A stretch of DNA of 64,000 nucleotides from a virus (lineage: Duplodnaviria; Caudoviricetes). The notes under the pieces are model-generated. The model searched no databases, was not told where the DNA came from, and saw nothing but the letters and a program-made list of their open reading frames with translations. How positions within the stretch are numbered: the stretch's first letter is position 1; the number at the start of each line of letters is the position of its first letter. The position numbers and the translations under genes were made by a program. The stretch is taken from the IMG/VR virus record IMGVR_UViG_3300025372_000014, positions 1 through 64,000 of that record, one strand, 5' to 3'. Positions 36,344-47,400 of the stretch are shown piece after piece.

Positions 36344-37288
36344 ATGCAAGAATATGATAAATATTTAAGATGTAAGATTTGCCGTTCGCAGTTTAACTCG
36401 CAGCAGCAAATATTGAGTCATATAAAATCGCACCAACAGGCGGCTGAAAAGTATTTCGTACAAAACTTTAATAAAAAAGATCTTCATACTGGAGACCTGA
36501 TAAAATATAAATCAATAGAACAATACTTTCTTACTGACTTTATAGATAAACGTAATATGAAGCTATGGCTTCAGTCAGTAGATAAGCAAACTGCTTGTGA
36601 ATATTTAAAAAATAAACTTAAAACATATTGCTGGGTTAAGAGATTAGAAATTGCACCATCGCAGGCCGAACTAAAAACTATAGCCTGCTTACCAAAGGCT
36701 GATACGTTTATTTATTGCTGCGAGCAGAGCTTTGATAAAATATGTGAATCACTCGAATTAAAAAGCAATTTTAATTATAATACTAAACATACTCAAGATA
36801 GTTTTAGCAAATATACACATACGGATATTGTTATTGATACTAGAGAGCAACAACCACTAAAGTTTAAGGGGCTAAATGTTATTTCTTCAAAGCTTGAATG
36901 TGGCGACTATGCCAAGTCGATAGATAGTAAGGTTGTTGTAGAGCGTAAGAGCTTGGGCGACTTCTATTCTACCTTGAGTACAGGATTTGAAAGATTTAAA
37001 AGAGAAATAGAAAGGGCCGCACAAGCAGATACGTATATAGTTGTAGTTACCGAGTGTCAATTAAAAACAGTACTATATGCAAAGCGTAAATTTGGATTAT
37101 GCTCTGGAGAATATATAATGCACCATATGAGACAACTATGCAGAGAATACGATAATATACAATTTGTATTTGCAGATGGTAAGGCTGAAGCGGCTAAAAA
37201 AACTTTATTTATACTAGAAATGAACGATCTTGTTAGAACCACTGATTTGGAATATTTATTTGAACAGGAGGGATTCTCATGGCTTTAA
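36344..37288 (+). CDS. ERCC4/XPF-domain nuclease with N-terminal C2H2 zinc finger
   Basis: CKIC...HIKSH; IVIDTREQ, GDY, VERKS..DF. Confidence 0.85.
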   Translation: MQEYDKYLRCKICRSQFNSQQQILSHIKSHQQAAEKYFVQNFNKKDLHTGDLIKYKSIEQYFLTDFIDKRNMKLWLQSVDKQTACEYLKNKLKTYCWVKRLEIAPSQAELKTIACLPKADTFIYCCEQSFDKICESLELKSNFNYNTKHTQDSFSKYTHTDIVIDTREQQPLKFKGLNVISSKLECGDYAKSIDSKVVVERKSLGDFYSTLSTGFERFKREIERAAQADTYIVVVTECQLKTVLYAKRKFGLCSGEYIMHHMRQLCREYDNIQFVFADGKAEAAKKTLFILEMNDLVRTTDLEYLFEQEGFSWL

Positions 37289-39180
37289 TAGTAGGGGTGC
37301 AAAATAGCAAGAACATCGTTGATGTTAATAAAGAGTTATTAGAACTTAAGGGCGAACTTTCTGATGCAGAGGCAAGAGTCAGCTTGGCAAAATTCTTAAG
37401 ACATAACTTAGGATTTGCAACTGAACTTGGATTAGGTGTGACATTAGAATCATATCAAGAATTGACTATTAAGTCATTCTTTAATCGCAACTATTGTATG
37501 TTAGTATGGGGCCGTGGTTGCGCAAAGAGCTTTTGTGCGGCAATTTATTGTATATTGAAATGTATATTCGAGCCGGGTACTAAAATACTTATTGCGTCTA
37601 TTAACTTTCGTACTGCGCGAAGAATGTTTAATGAAATTGAAAAGTTCCTAGCCAGTCCAGAGGCGGGATTGTTTAGACAATGCTTTGGTGACAAAATGAA
37701 GCGTAATGACCAGTATGAATGGTTGATTAATGGCGGTAGTATAACTGCCATTCCGTTAACTGGAGAAAAGATTCGTGGTATTCGTGCTAACGTTCTTATT
37801 CTTGATGAGTTCTTGCTATTGCCTCCAGATATTATTGATAATGTTTTAATGCCATTCTTGAGTTCGCCTAGAGATGTTAGTGACCGTATTAGAACCCGAA
37901 GACTGGAAGAAGAACTAATTAAAAAGGGAATGTTACACCCTGATGATAGACAGATATTTGAAAATACTTCTCAGATGCTAGCACTAAGTTCGGCCAGTTA
38001 TACCTTTGAGCACTTGTTTCAAGTTCACCAGCAATGGGCGCACTTAATTGAGCATCCAGAGGATCAGGAATCAAAAGAGGGAGAGCTACCCGGAACTTAC
38101 TTTATTTCACAGCTTGGATATGAGGCATTACCAAACCACATGGTAGATCAGGCAGCAATTCAGTTAGCAAAAAATGGCGGAAGCTCGCATAACTCGTTCC
38201 TTCGTGAGTATGCGGCAAGATTCATTGATGGTGGCGATAGCTATTTCTCGCCAAAAAAGATGCACTTATGTACTATTCCAGATGGTGAGTACCCTACAAC
38301 AAAAATAGTAGGAGAAGAAGGCAAGAAATACGTATTAGCAGTTGACCCTAACTTCTCATCTTCTCGTAGTGCTGACTATTTTGCCATGAGTGTTATCGAG
38401 CTTGACGAAGAAAAGAAACAAGGCGTTCTGGTTCATGGTTACCAAGTTGCAGGTGCGTCCCTACAGGATCATATTAAGTATATGTATTATATATTTAAGA
38501 ATTTTAATATAGCTTTTATGATTATTGACCATGCTGGTGCCGATACTTTCATGGATGCTGTTAATAACTCCGAGTTCTTCAAGGGAATGAATAAAAAGAT
38601 TGGCTTTATTGATTTTGATTCAGATAAGGAAAACGAGGACTACATGAATATGTTGAAAGAGTGCGCTAAGCAGTATAATACAGATTTAGGTACTATTTGT
38701 ATTAAGCAGTATTTCACCTCTGCATTCTTGGGTAGAGCTAACTCATATTTACAGACCTGTATTGACCATAAAAAGATTTGGTTTGCGTCTAGGGCTAGTA
38801 ACCATCCAGACATTCTTGAGAATATGTTTACTATGAATCTCCCTATGGATTATGTTTACCCTAAAGGTATCGGTGATCGGGCAGATAATGAGTATGAAAC
38901 CAAAAAGCTTACTGTTCGTGACTTTATCGAACAACAGGATTTTATTATTAAAGATACTAAAGACCAGTGCGCCAACGTTGAGGTCACTAGTACGTCCAGA
39001 GGAACGCAGAGCTTTGACTTGCCTTCTCACCTAAGAAAATCTACTAGCGTAAACCGCGCCAGAAAGGATAATTATACAACTTTAATGTTGGGAAACTGGG
39101 CAGTTAAATGTTATTTTGATATTATGGCTCCAGATAATTTTAAGAAAAAAAACACAGAATTTGTTGCCGTGTTGATTTAA
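37279..39180 (+). CDS. terL: terminase large subunit
   Basis: Walker A GRGCAKS, IRGIRA, Walker B LILDE, LSSA, F.REY.A.F, RNase H AVDP..D, RKD. Confidence 0.9.
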   Translation: MALIVGVQNSKNIVDVNKELLELKGELSDAEARVSLAKFLRHNLGFATELGLGVTLESYQELTIKSFFNRNYCMLVWGRGCAKSFCAAIYCILKCIFEPGTKILIASINFRTARRMFNEIEKFLASPEAGLFRQCFGDKMKRNDQYEWLINGGSITAIPLTGEKIRGIRANVLILDEFLLLPPDIIDNVLMPFLSSPRDVSDRIRTRRLEEELIKKGMLHPDDRQIFENTSQMLALSSASYTFEHLFQVHQQWAHLIEHPEDQESKEGELPGTYFISQLGYEALPNHMVDQAAIQLAKNGGSSHNSFLREYAARFIDGGDSYFSPKKMHLCTIPDGEYPTTKIVGEEGKKYVLAVDPNFSSSRSADYFAMSVIELDEEKKQGVLVHGYQVAGASLQDHIKYMYYIFKNFNIAFMIIDHAGADTFMDAVNNSEFFKGMNKKIGFIDFDSDKENEDYMNMLKECAKQYNTDLGTICIKQYFTSAFLGRANSYLQTCIDHKKIWFASRASNHPDILENMFTMNLPMDYVYPKGIGDRADNEYETKKLTVRDFIEQQDFIIKDTKDQCANVEVTSTSRGTQSFDLPSHLRKSTSVNRARKDNYTTLMLGNWAVKCYFDIMAPDNFKKKNTEFVAVLI

Positions 39181-39216
39181 AACAGATTTAAGTGTAATTA
39201 ACATTTATAATATCAT

Positions 39217-41271
39217 ATGACACAAAAAGGTAAAAGTCAGGAGGCTTCAGAGATAAAGGCAAAGGTAACCAAGGAAAAAAAGAAAAAAAATACTTCTTTT
39301 GTTTCACCTAGTCTTATCGAGGGGTCTGTTAAATTAGATTCGCAGTCTGAGGTTGTTGCTGCTGGATATGGTGATATGGGCGGAGCTAATTCATATGATG
39401 ATGACTCGCTTGACTATGGGGGGTATGGCGCCCCTGCGCGCAGAAACAGAACTGCCACTATAACCCGATCTGAAAGATACTCAAATATTGAGGGCGGTGT
39501 AGTTCCTTTTATTTATAGTGCATCTAGAGGTAAATATACTTCAAATATATCAATTAGAGATGCTATTATTCTTTGCCAAAAATGTTATTACAATTTTTCA
39601 GTGTTTCGTAATACAATTGATCTAATGACCGAGTTTAGTTGCTCTCCAATTTACTTTACTGGTGGAAATGCGCAGTCCAGAAAGTTTTTCGAGGCATGGG
39701 CTAATAGAGTAAATCTTTGGAGATTACAAGATGAGTTTTATCGTGAATACTACAGAAGTGGGAATGTTTTTGTTTACAAGCTAAATGCAATCTTTAAAAG
39801 GGAGGATATGGCTGCAATTACTGACGTTGTAACTGCTGCTGGTAATAGGGAGGTTCCAATTAGATATATTATATTAAACCCAGCTGATATTCAGTCTATT
39901 GGCTCTGCCTCTTTTATATCTCCTCGTTACGTTAAAGTTCTCAATGACTTTGAAATGCAGGTTTTAACCAATCCAAAAACCGATGAAGAAAAAGATCTTG
40001 CAAAAAGAATACAAGAGTTTGGTCAGCTACAAGAAACTGTAAAAACTGCCCAATCACAGACATATTTAGTTTTCTATTTAGATCCAGATCGCGTGAAGGC
40101 TATTTTCTATAAAAAACAACCATATGAACCATTTGGTGTTCCTATGGGCTTTCCTGTTCTTCAGGACATTAACTGGAAGCAAGAACTAAAAAATATTGAT
40201 ATGGCAATTAGCCGTACAGTTCAACAAGCTATCCTATTAGTAACCATGGGTAATGACGAGGTTGGAATGCCAACCGCCAAACAAATTACTAATTTAAGAA
40301 ACATTTTTCAAAATGAGAGTGTTGGCCGTATTCTTGTTACTGATTATACAACCCAAGCCAAATTTGTTATCCCTGAAATTGATAAGATTCTTGATCCCAA
40401 AAAATATCAAATTGTTAATGAAGATATCAAAAATGGCTTGAATAATATACTTGTGGGAGATGAAAAATATGCTAATTCTTCTACTAAAGTTGAAATGTTT
40501 TTAGCCAGATTAAAGCATGCAAGGGAGGTCTTCTTTAATGATTTTCTACTGCCAGAAATGAAGTATATTGGTGAGCAATTAGGTTTTAAATCAATTCCTC
40601 AGCCGAGATTTAAACAGGCGGACTTCAGAGATGATCCTAACCTGTCTAGAATTTATTCCAGACTATTGGAAATTGGTGTACTTACCCCAGAAGAGGGGAT
40701 TACTGCGCTTGAGACTGGAAGATTACCACTGCCAGAGGAAAGCATTGAAAACCAGAAGAAGCTTCATGAGTACCATAATGAAGGTTTATATCAACCGCTA
40801 CTAAATAATCCTAATCTAGTTGTACCTCCCACAGGAGATGAAAAAGATAAGCAGGGTAAACCAGCGCAACAAAAAACTGCTGGCGGTGGCGGAATGACAG
40901 GAAGACCACCGGGCGGTGGGACACCTAAATCTATTAATAACGTTGGAAAAATTGGAAGGAAAATTAGCGCACAAGATGTTGCTAATAATATGGCAAGGTT
41001 TGACCTATTAGAGGGCAGTATTGAAAACTATCTAAAGGAAAAATTCAAAAAGAAAAAGCTTGGTAAAGAGCAGAAAGAAATAGTTAAAGAAATAGCTGAA
41101 ACTATTGCCATTAATGAGCAGCCAGATAAATGGCTGGAAAGCATAGCAACATATGTTACCCAGCCCGTACAGCTTAGTGAAAAATTAAGCGAAGTACAGG
41201 AAATTTCCGAGCAACATGGCGTTGATACTAAAACAGCAATACTATTAATGCACAGTCAGATTAACAATTAA
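39217..41271 (+). CDS. portal protein
   Basis: Follows TerL; FRNTIDLMTEF, REYYRSGNVF motifs; size fits. Confidence 0.8.
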   Translation: MTQKGKSQEASEIKAKVTKEKKKKNTSFVSPSLIEGSVKLDSQSEVVAAGYGDMGGANSYDDDSLDYGGYGAPARRNRTATITRSERYSNIEGGVVPFIYSASRGKYTSNISIRDAIILCQKCYYNFSVFRNTIDLMTEFSCSPIYFTGGNAQSRKFFEAWANRVNLWRLQDEFYREYYRSGNVFVYKLNAIFKREDMAAITDVVTAAGNREVPIRYIILNPADIQSIGSASFISPRYVKVLNDFEMQVLTNPKTDEEKDLAKRIQEFGQLQETVKTAQSQTYLVFYLDPDRVKAIFYKKQPYEPFGVPMGFPVLQDINWKQELKNIDMAISRTVQQAILLVTMGNDEVGMPTAKQITNLRNIFQNESVGRILVTDYTTQAKFVIPEIDKILDPKKYQIVNEDIKNGLNNILVGDEKYANSSTKVEMFLARLKHAREVFFNDFLLPEMKYIGEQLGFKSIPQPRFKQADFRDDPNLSRIYSRLLEIGVLTPEEGITALETGRLPLPEESIENQKKLHEYHNEGLYQPLLNNPNLVVPPTGDEKDKQGKPAQQKTAGGGGMTGRPPGGGTPKSINNVGKIGRKISAQDVANNMARFDLLEGSIENYLKEKFKKKKLGKEQKEIVKEIAETIAINEQPDKWLESIATYVTQPVQLSEKLSEVQEISEQHGVDTKTAILLMHSQINN

Positions 41272-41281
41272 ATAAAATAAT

Positions 41282-44104
41282 ATGGCAATTAGTCTTATAA
41301 GAAAAACACAATTAGCGCCAGATATAGCAGATTTGATTGCTCAGTATGGTAGTGGTTATTTTCTACCAATTAGTGTTAGCGGACAATTAACGCAGTTTAT
41401 TGAAGGCGTGGTGAGCCAGCTTTCTGGAGTTACTACTCTTGATGGCCTGCAGGGTATATTAAATTTAACAGGAGTTAGTGGTGTGCAGGTTAGTATTTCT
41501 GGAGATAACCAGTCATTAATTATAAGTTACACTGGAACACCTATATTGCCAAACTCTTTATATACTACCGGTGACCAAAATATTAGTGGGAGTAAAAATT
41601 TTGTTGGTCAGCTTTTAATTAGTGGTAATCCTGTATTAACTGGTACTGACTTATCTGCATATATAACTACCGCACAAACTGGTTCTTTTTATTCTTCTAA
41701 TAATCCCAGCGGTTTTATTACTGGTGTTAACCTTTCTGCCTATGCTCTGGCACAAAATTTAGTTTTAACTGGTTCTGGACTATCTTCTTCTATAGCTTCT
41801 TTAAGTGGTGCTTTAACTGGTAATTATTTACTAGTGTCACAAACAGGAAATTTTTACCCTATAAGCGGTAATCCTAGTGGTTTTATAAACTCTTCTCAAA
41901 CTGGTGCGTTCTACCCCAGAAGCGGTAACCCAAGTGGATTTATTACCTCGTCACAGACTGGTGCTTTTTATCCTAGAACGGGTAACCCTAGTGGCTTCTT
42001 GCTTTCCTCTCAAACTGGGGCATTCTACCCTAGAAGCGGCAATCCTAGTGGGTTTATATTACCATCCCAAACTGGAGCTTTCTATCCTAGAAATGATAAC
42101 CCTAGTGGTTTTATTACTAGTGGTCAAACCGGAGTATTTTATACAGCAGATAACCCGAGCGGATTTATTCGAAGCGTAAATCTTTCGCCATATGCAACTA
42201 CAGGATTCGTTACGAGTGGTTTTGTAAGTAAAAGCTCCACTGGTATATTTTTGACTAGTGGTAATTCCTATCCAAGTAATAATCCTAGTGGGTTTGTTAC
42301 AACCGGACAGATGACAGGTTTTGCATTAAAAAGTCAGACAGGTAATTTTATAACAACCTCTCAAACTGGAATATTTTATACTACTGACAATCCTAGTAAT
42401 TTTGTTACTGCTTCTCAAACGGGTGCTTTCTATGCAGCCAGTAACCCAAATGGTTTTATAACAAGTAATGTTAATGGTAATCTTTATGTAAATGGAACTG
42501 GTACATTTGGTGGTATACAGATAACAGGAACAAGATCGTTAACTTTTAGTGGTGCAGATATTACTGTAGGATCAGGAAATCAGTATATAAATAGCGGCGA
42601 ATTATTCTTGAATGGATATGCCGTATATGGCGGCGGACTATCTGGAGTATATTACCCATCAAATAACCCTAGCGGCTATATTACTGGTGTCAATCTTAGC
42701 GCATATACTCTAAATGCAAATACAGGATCGTTTATAACAACGGCGCAAACTGGTGCTTTCTATGCCGCTAATAATCCGAGCGGCTATATTACTGGTGTCA
42801 ATCTTAGCGCATATACTCTAAATGCAAATACAGGATCGTTTATAACAACGGCGCAAACTGGCGGTTTCTATGCGGCTAATAACCCTAGCGGCTATATTAC
42901 TGGTGGTAGTATTTCAAACTATACTATTACTGGTGGCGACCTAACTGGTAATTTACTGTCTCCAGCTATATATAAGATTCAAGGTAATCCATTAAGCGCG
43001 CAAGCACCGAGTAATGGTCAGACATTACAATGGAATGGTTCAGCTTGGGTACCGGGTGCGGTTGCAGCTGGTGGGAATGGTGGCGGTGGGTTGGTTTATT
43101 ATTTTGATTTTGGTAATAGCAGCGGCATATCTCCATCTGGCGGATTACCAGCTACCGGATTAACTCCTGTTTCTTTACTAGGAACTCAGTATGGCGTGGG
43201 TAGTGGAAGTTTTACGAGTCCAGACCTTGCTCCACAGGGTAAAGATATATTAGTTGCTAGTTTTGTAACTGCTAGTGGAAATCCCGGTGTTACAAATATT
43301 CCCGCTGGACTTTGGGACTTTAATATCTGGGCGGACACAAGTAGTACAAGTGCTACACAAACTGCAATGAAGGTAGTGGTTAATATATATAATCCAGTTA
43401 CTTCTGGCTATAGAATACTTGGATCAAGCGATGAGATTTACCTATACGATACTACTACGACGGCTCAGTATATATTAAATGTAACAGTACCACAAACTGG
43501 TATCGCATCAAACGAACGAATTTATATTCAACTATTTGCTTCTAAATATACAAACCCATCTAGAACAATAACTTTTTATTTTGATAGTTATCGTCCATCT
43601 CACGTTCATACCACGCTACCATCGGTAGCTGGAAACGGAGTGGTTAAAGTTATTAATGGAATAATGCAATCTCCTGCTACTGGAATTTTTGATAGCGATG
43701 TCGACGCTAACGCCGCCATTCAGCAGGGTAAAATTTTAGGATTAACATCCTCACTATCTGCTCTATATCCAAATACAAATCCAAGTGGTTACGTGCCTTC
43801 TTCTGGTGCATCTTTTATTACCTTACCAACTGTAAATGGTACGGGAGTTTTATTGAGCGGACAGGCGGCGGCACTTCCAAGTGGAATCCTTTATAATACT
43901 GGTGATCAGAATATATCGGGTTTAAAAACTTTTAGTAATGCGCTTACGTTATCTAGTAATATAACTGTCAGTGGTACTGGTGTGATGAATGGTGGCAATA
44001 TTATTACAGGAAATTCTAGTGTGACTTCAATAATAACACTAAGTCAGGCGCAATTTAATGGTATAGTTCCAAACGCTAACACGGTATACTTAATCGTAGG
44101 ATAA
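41282..44104 (+). CDS. repetitive Gly/Ser/Thr-rich fibre-like virion protein
   Basis: Tandem QTGAFYP.xNPSGFI repeats; near-exact 108-bp duplication at 42671/42779; TGDQNISG.K.F repeats. Confidence 0.75.
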   Translation: MAISLIRKTQLAPDIADLIAQYGSGYFLPISVSGQLTQFIEGVVSQLSGVTTLDGLQGILNLTGVSGVQVSISGDNQSLIISYTGTPILPNSLYTTGDQNISGSKNFVGQLLISGNPVLTGTDLSAYITTAQTGSFYSSNNPSGFITGVNLSAYALAQNLVLTGSGLSSSIASLSGALTGNYLLVSQTGNFYPISGNPSGFINSSQTGAFYPRSGNPSGFITSSQTGAFYPRTGNPSGFLLSSQTGAFYPRSGNPSGFILPSQTGAFYPRNDNPSGFITSGQTGVFYTADNPSGFIRSVNLSPYATTGFVTSGFVSKSSTGIFLTSGNSYPSNNPSGFVTTGQMTGFALKSQTGNFITTSQTGIFYTTDNPSNFVTASQTGAFYAASNPNGFITSNVNGNLYVNGTGTFGGIQITGTRSLTFSGADITVGSGNQYINSGELFLNGYAVYGGGLSGVYYPSNNPSGYITGVNLSAYTLNANTGSFITTAQTGAFYAANNPSGYITGVNLSAYTLNANTGSFITTAQTGGFYAANNPSGYITGGSISNYTITGGDLTGNLLSPAIYKIQGNPLSAQAPSNGQTLQWNGSAWVPGAVAAGGNGGGGLVYYFDFGNSSGISPSGGLPATGLTPVSLLGTQYGVGSGSFTSPDLAPQGKDILVASFVTASGNPGVTNIPAGLWDFNIWADTSSTSATQTAMKVVVNIYNPVTSGYRILGSSDEIYLYDTTTTAQYILNVTVPQTGIASNERIYIQLFASKYTNPSRTITFYFDSYRPSHVHTTLPSVAGNGVVKVINGIMQSPATGIFDSDVDANAAIQQGKILGLTSSLSALYPNTNPSGYVPSSGASFITLPTVNGTGVLLSGQAAALPSGILYNTGDQNISGLKTFSNALTLSSNITVSGTGVMNGGNIITGNSSVTSIITLSQAQFNGIVPNANTVYLIVG

Positions 44105-44370
44105 TGATATCAAGCGCAATTAACTCAGTATTTGTTGGATCTGCCACTGGATCTGCTATATATTATGGTGCCAATTTGGTTTGGCCGCCACCAAGTAATA
44201 GTGGTACAATATGGTCGGGTTTTACTGGAGATTCATGTGTTACGTTTACAATTAGTGCATACAATAAACTAAACGATAGTGCTATAATATGGAATGACGG
44301 GTCTTCATCTCAAATTACTTCTGCGAACAGTACTTCATATCCACATAACTATGGTACTGGAATATGCTAG
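44104..44370 (+). CDS. short fibre-associated protein, possibly truncated
   Basis: VFVGS...AIYYGANLVWP motif; IIWNDGS...HNY followed by an early stop. Confidence 0.6.
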   Translation: MISSAINSVFVGSATGSAIYYGANLVWPPPSNSGTIWSGFTGDSCVTFTISAYNKLNDSAIIWNDGSSSQITSANSTSYPHNYGTGIC

Positions 44371-44480
44371 TATAATGTGATACTTTGAATAGTTAATTTA
44401 CTTTATTTTAAAATAATTCAGAAATTGCCAAAGCTGTGTAATTTATAGTATCGACGGCATAAGGAAAATAAAATTAATAT

Positions 44481-47400
44481 ATGGCAATTAATATTCAATA
44501 TATATCTACGACGGGACTAGATTCTAATAACGGTCTTAGCCTGTCTTCTGCCAAAAGAACTTTTTCTGGTGCTTTTACGGGGCTTAATCCTCAGCCAACT
44601 GGATATTATATAATATTTGAAAAAGATGCTCTGAGCAATTCTAGCTACAATAATTTCGTGTCTACTTATGGGCCGATGGGTACTGGACAGGTAGCGTCAG
44701 GTAAATTTGTGCTACAAATACCAGATCTGTCTGTGGGTAGCACTGGATGGCTAGCATCGGGACAATATTTTTCCGGTTTAAATAATTATTTAGTAAAATC
44801 TAATAGTAGCAATAATGCTAATATCAAGAACCTCATGTCATCACCGCTATCTTCTGGCGGGTACGGCTGGTGGCCATATAATAGTGCAGATGCGACTGCA
44901 TGGACTGGTGCGCAGTATATACCTATTTATTTACCAAATTCTGGTAATAAGGGTACATATTTTACTGGCGGCTTTTCTACTCCTTTAAATTCTGGAGGAT
45001 CTGGTGCTTTTAGTACAGGGTCTAGCCCGATTCCTAAATATTATACTGGAGGATTTTTTGATATTACCTTTTCTGGTAGTACTACTGATTTAAATACAAA
45101 AACATTATGGAAATTTAACTCTGGTAGTGGTAATCAGTCTTTTAGTGGGCCATTTAATGGTAATTATTTTAAAAGCGGTATATTGAATACTGATTTTTTT
45201 GGTACTGGTTCAGATGGTGCTTGTTATTCTCACGGTGTTCGTTCAAGTGGAATTATGTGCAGTGGTGTGCCAATTTATGTAAGAACGAATGGCGATGATA
45301 ATAATGGAGATGGAACCATCGATAACCCATTAGCTACTGCACAAGCGGCTTTCGAATTGGCATATACAGGTTACGGTGGAACCGGTGGATATTATATTTT
45401 AGATTTTGGAGTTGGGGGTTTTGCTGGAATAGTTGTTAATTCTTATAACGATTTTTCGAGTCTGGCTAGAAATTATAGAGAATGGCCTTCTAGAATAGCG
45501 GTACGTGGAGCAGGTAGTGGAGCAAGTTTTATAGGTGGTATTTCAAATGATGCTTATGATTTTAATACAATTGGTGATATAAATATTACCAGTGATAGTA
45601 GTGTTAATTTAGGTGCAATTAATTGTAACCCATCAAGTAATAACACTGCGGTAGGAAGTATAACTTTAATAGATTGCGTTGCTGGGAGTATAGTAAATTC
45701 TGTTCTTACAAATGATGTTTCCTATTCTATAAACCCATCAAACGGGGGAAATGTTACACTAATTGGGGGTCAGTGTGGTGATATAAATGTTTCCGCTCAA
45801 AATGTTGCAGGATATTTAATATGTTACAACTTAGCAAGACCACATCCTGGCGGTGTGACTTTACTGACCGATCAAAATGGTGTATTTCCAACACATGGTA
45901 TTATAACTGCAAACGAATCTAATGTGTGCGCAAATGGCTGTGACAACTGCGGTAGCTGCGGGCCAACATACGGATGTACATATCAAGATGCATGTTATAA
46001 CTATAACAGTTGCGCAAATGTAGATGATGAATCTTGTGGATATAGTTGTGAGGACAGGAACGCAAGAAACTATCATGACGGTTGCAATAGTTGCTGGTAT
46101 ACGGACTGTTATGATGATAGGGCTATTAATTACGATAGTAATTCTTTTGGTAATAGTGAGTGCATTTTTCTTGACTGCGCGGGAAATATATACTATACCG
46201 GCGATAGTGTCTTTATAGACTCTAATGGTACAAGTTGTATTTATTTAAGTGTTACCAGAGATAGTCTAACATGTTGTGGCGATGGTACATACTCATGTGG
46301 TTGGGACATAAATGGCCCGCTGTTTTTTGATGACTGTTGGAATTGTGGTTATGGTAACATGTATGATAATCTTGGTAATTATAATGGCTGCTGTCATGGT
46401 AAGATAGACGAATGTCATGATTGTAATGGTGATTGTATTTGTAGTAATTCTTGTGGTTGTAATACTGAATATGACACTTGTGACAATTGCGTAACAGTAG
46501 GCACTGGTTGTTATGCCTCTTATTGTTACTACGGAATTTGCGGATGTTCAGATGATTACGGATGTGGATGTAATTCGAATGGAAATAGTATTAGCCCTGA
46601 TTATTGTAGAGATTGTTCTGGGAACTGTACTTGCACTATTGATGATTGTGGGAATTGTGGTGGTAATTGTGGGGCTGGTTCTTGTCAGGATGGAATATGC
46701 GGATGTTCAAATGATTACGGCTGCGGATGTAATTCAGACGGGAGTAGTATTAGCCCTGATTATTGTAGAGATTGTTCTGGGAACTGTACTTGCACTATTG
46801 ATGATTGTGGGAATTGTTATGGTAGTTGTGGGGCTGGTTCTTGTCAGTATGGAATTTGCGGATGTTCTGATTATTACGGCTGTGGATGTAATTCAGATGG
46901 GAGTAGTATTGCTGGAGATACTTGTGGTAACTGCGGGGGCAACTGTAATACCGATTGCTACTATGGAATATGCGGATGTACAGATGATTACGGCTGTGGT
47001 TGTAATTCAGACGCGAGTAGTATTACTAGAGACGCTTTAGGGTATTGCAGGGGTACATGTCAAGATGCCCTAGCCTGCAGTGAAGACCATTATGGTTGCA
47101 TGTTTATAGACCCTAATACTGGGCTGTGTACAAGCAGAACAAACCATTATTTTGGTAGAATCGTTACCTCTTCTGGATTGGGGGTTATAAAATCAATAAA
47201 GGGATCTGGAAAAGTTTATTCTGATAATTCCTTACCATTAATAAATGCTGGATTCGTTGGCTGGGTGAATGGATTATCAAATTATAAATATATGATACGT
47301 TTTGATTGGGATAACTGCCCAATGAGTGCGGCAGCCATTCTTTCTTATGACTCTATTATTGCCGATGGTATAAGATATGAAAGTGACCCCAATTTTCATC

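Noticed and set aside
42671-46900. Diversity-generating retroelement template/variable repeats
   Set aside because: The duplications are tandem, in-frame and intragenic, differences are not adenine-specific, and there is no reverse transcriptase.
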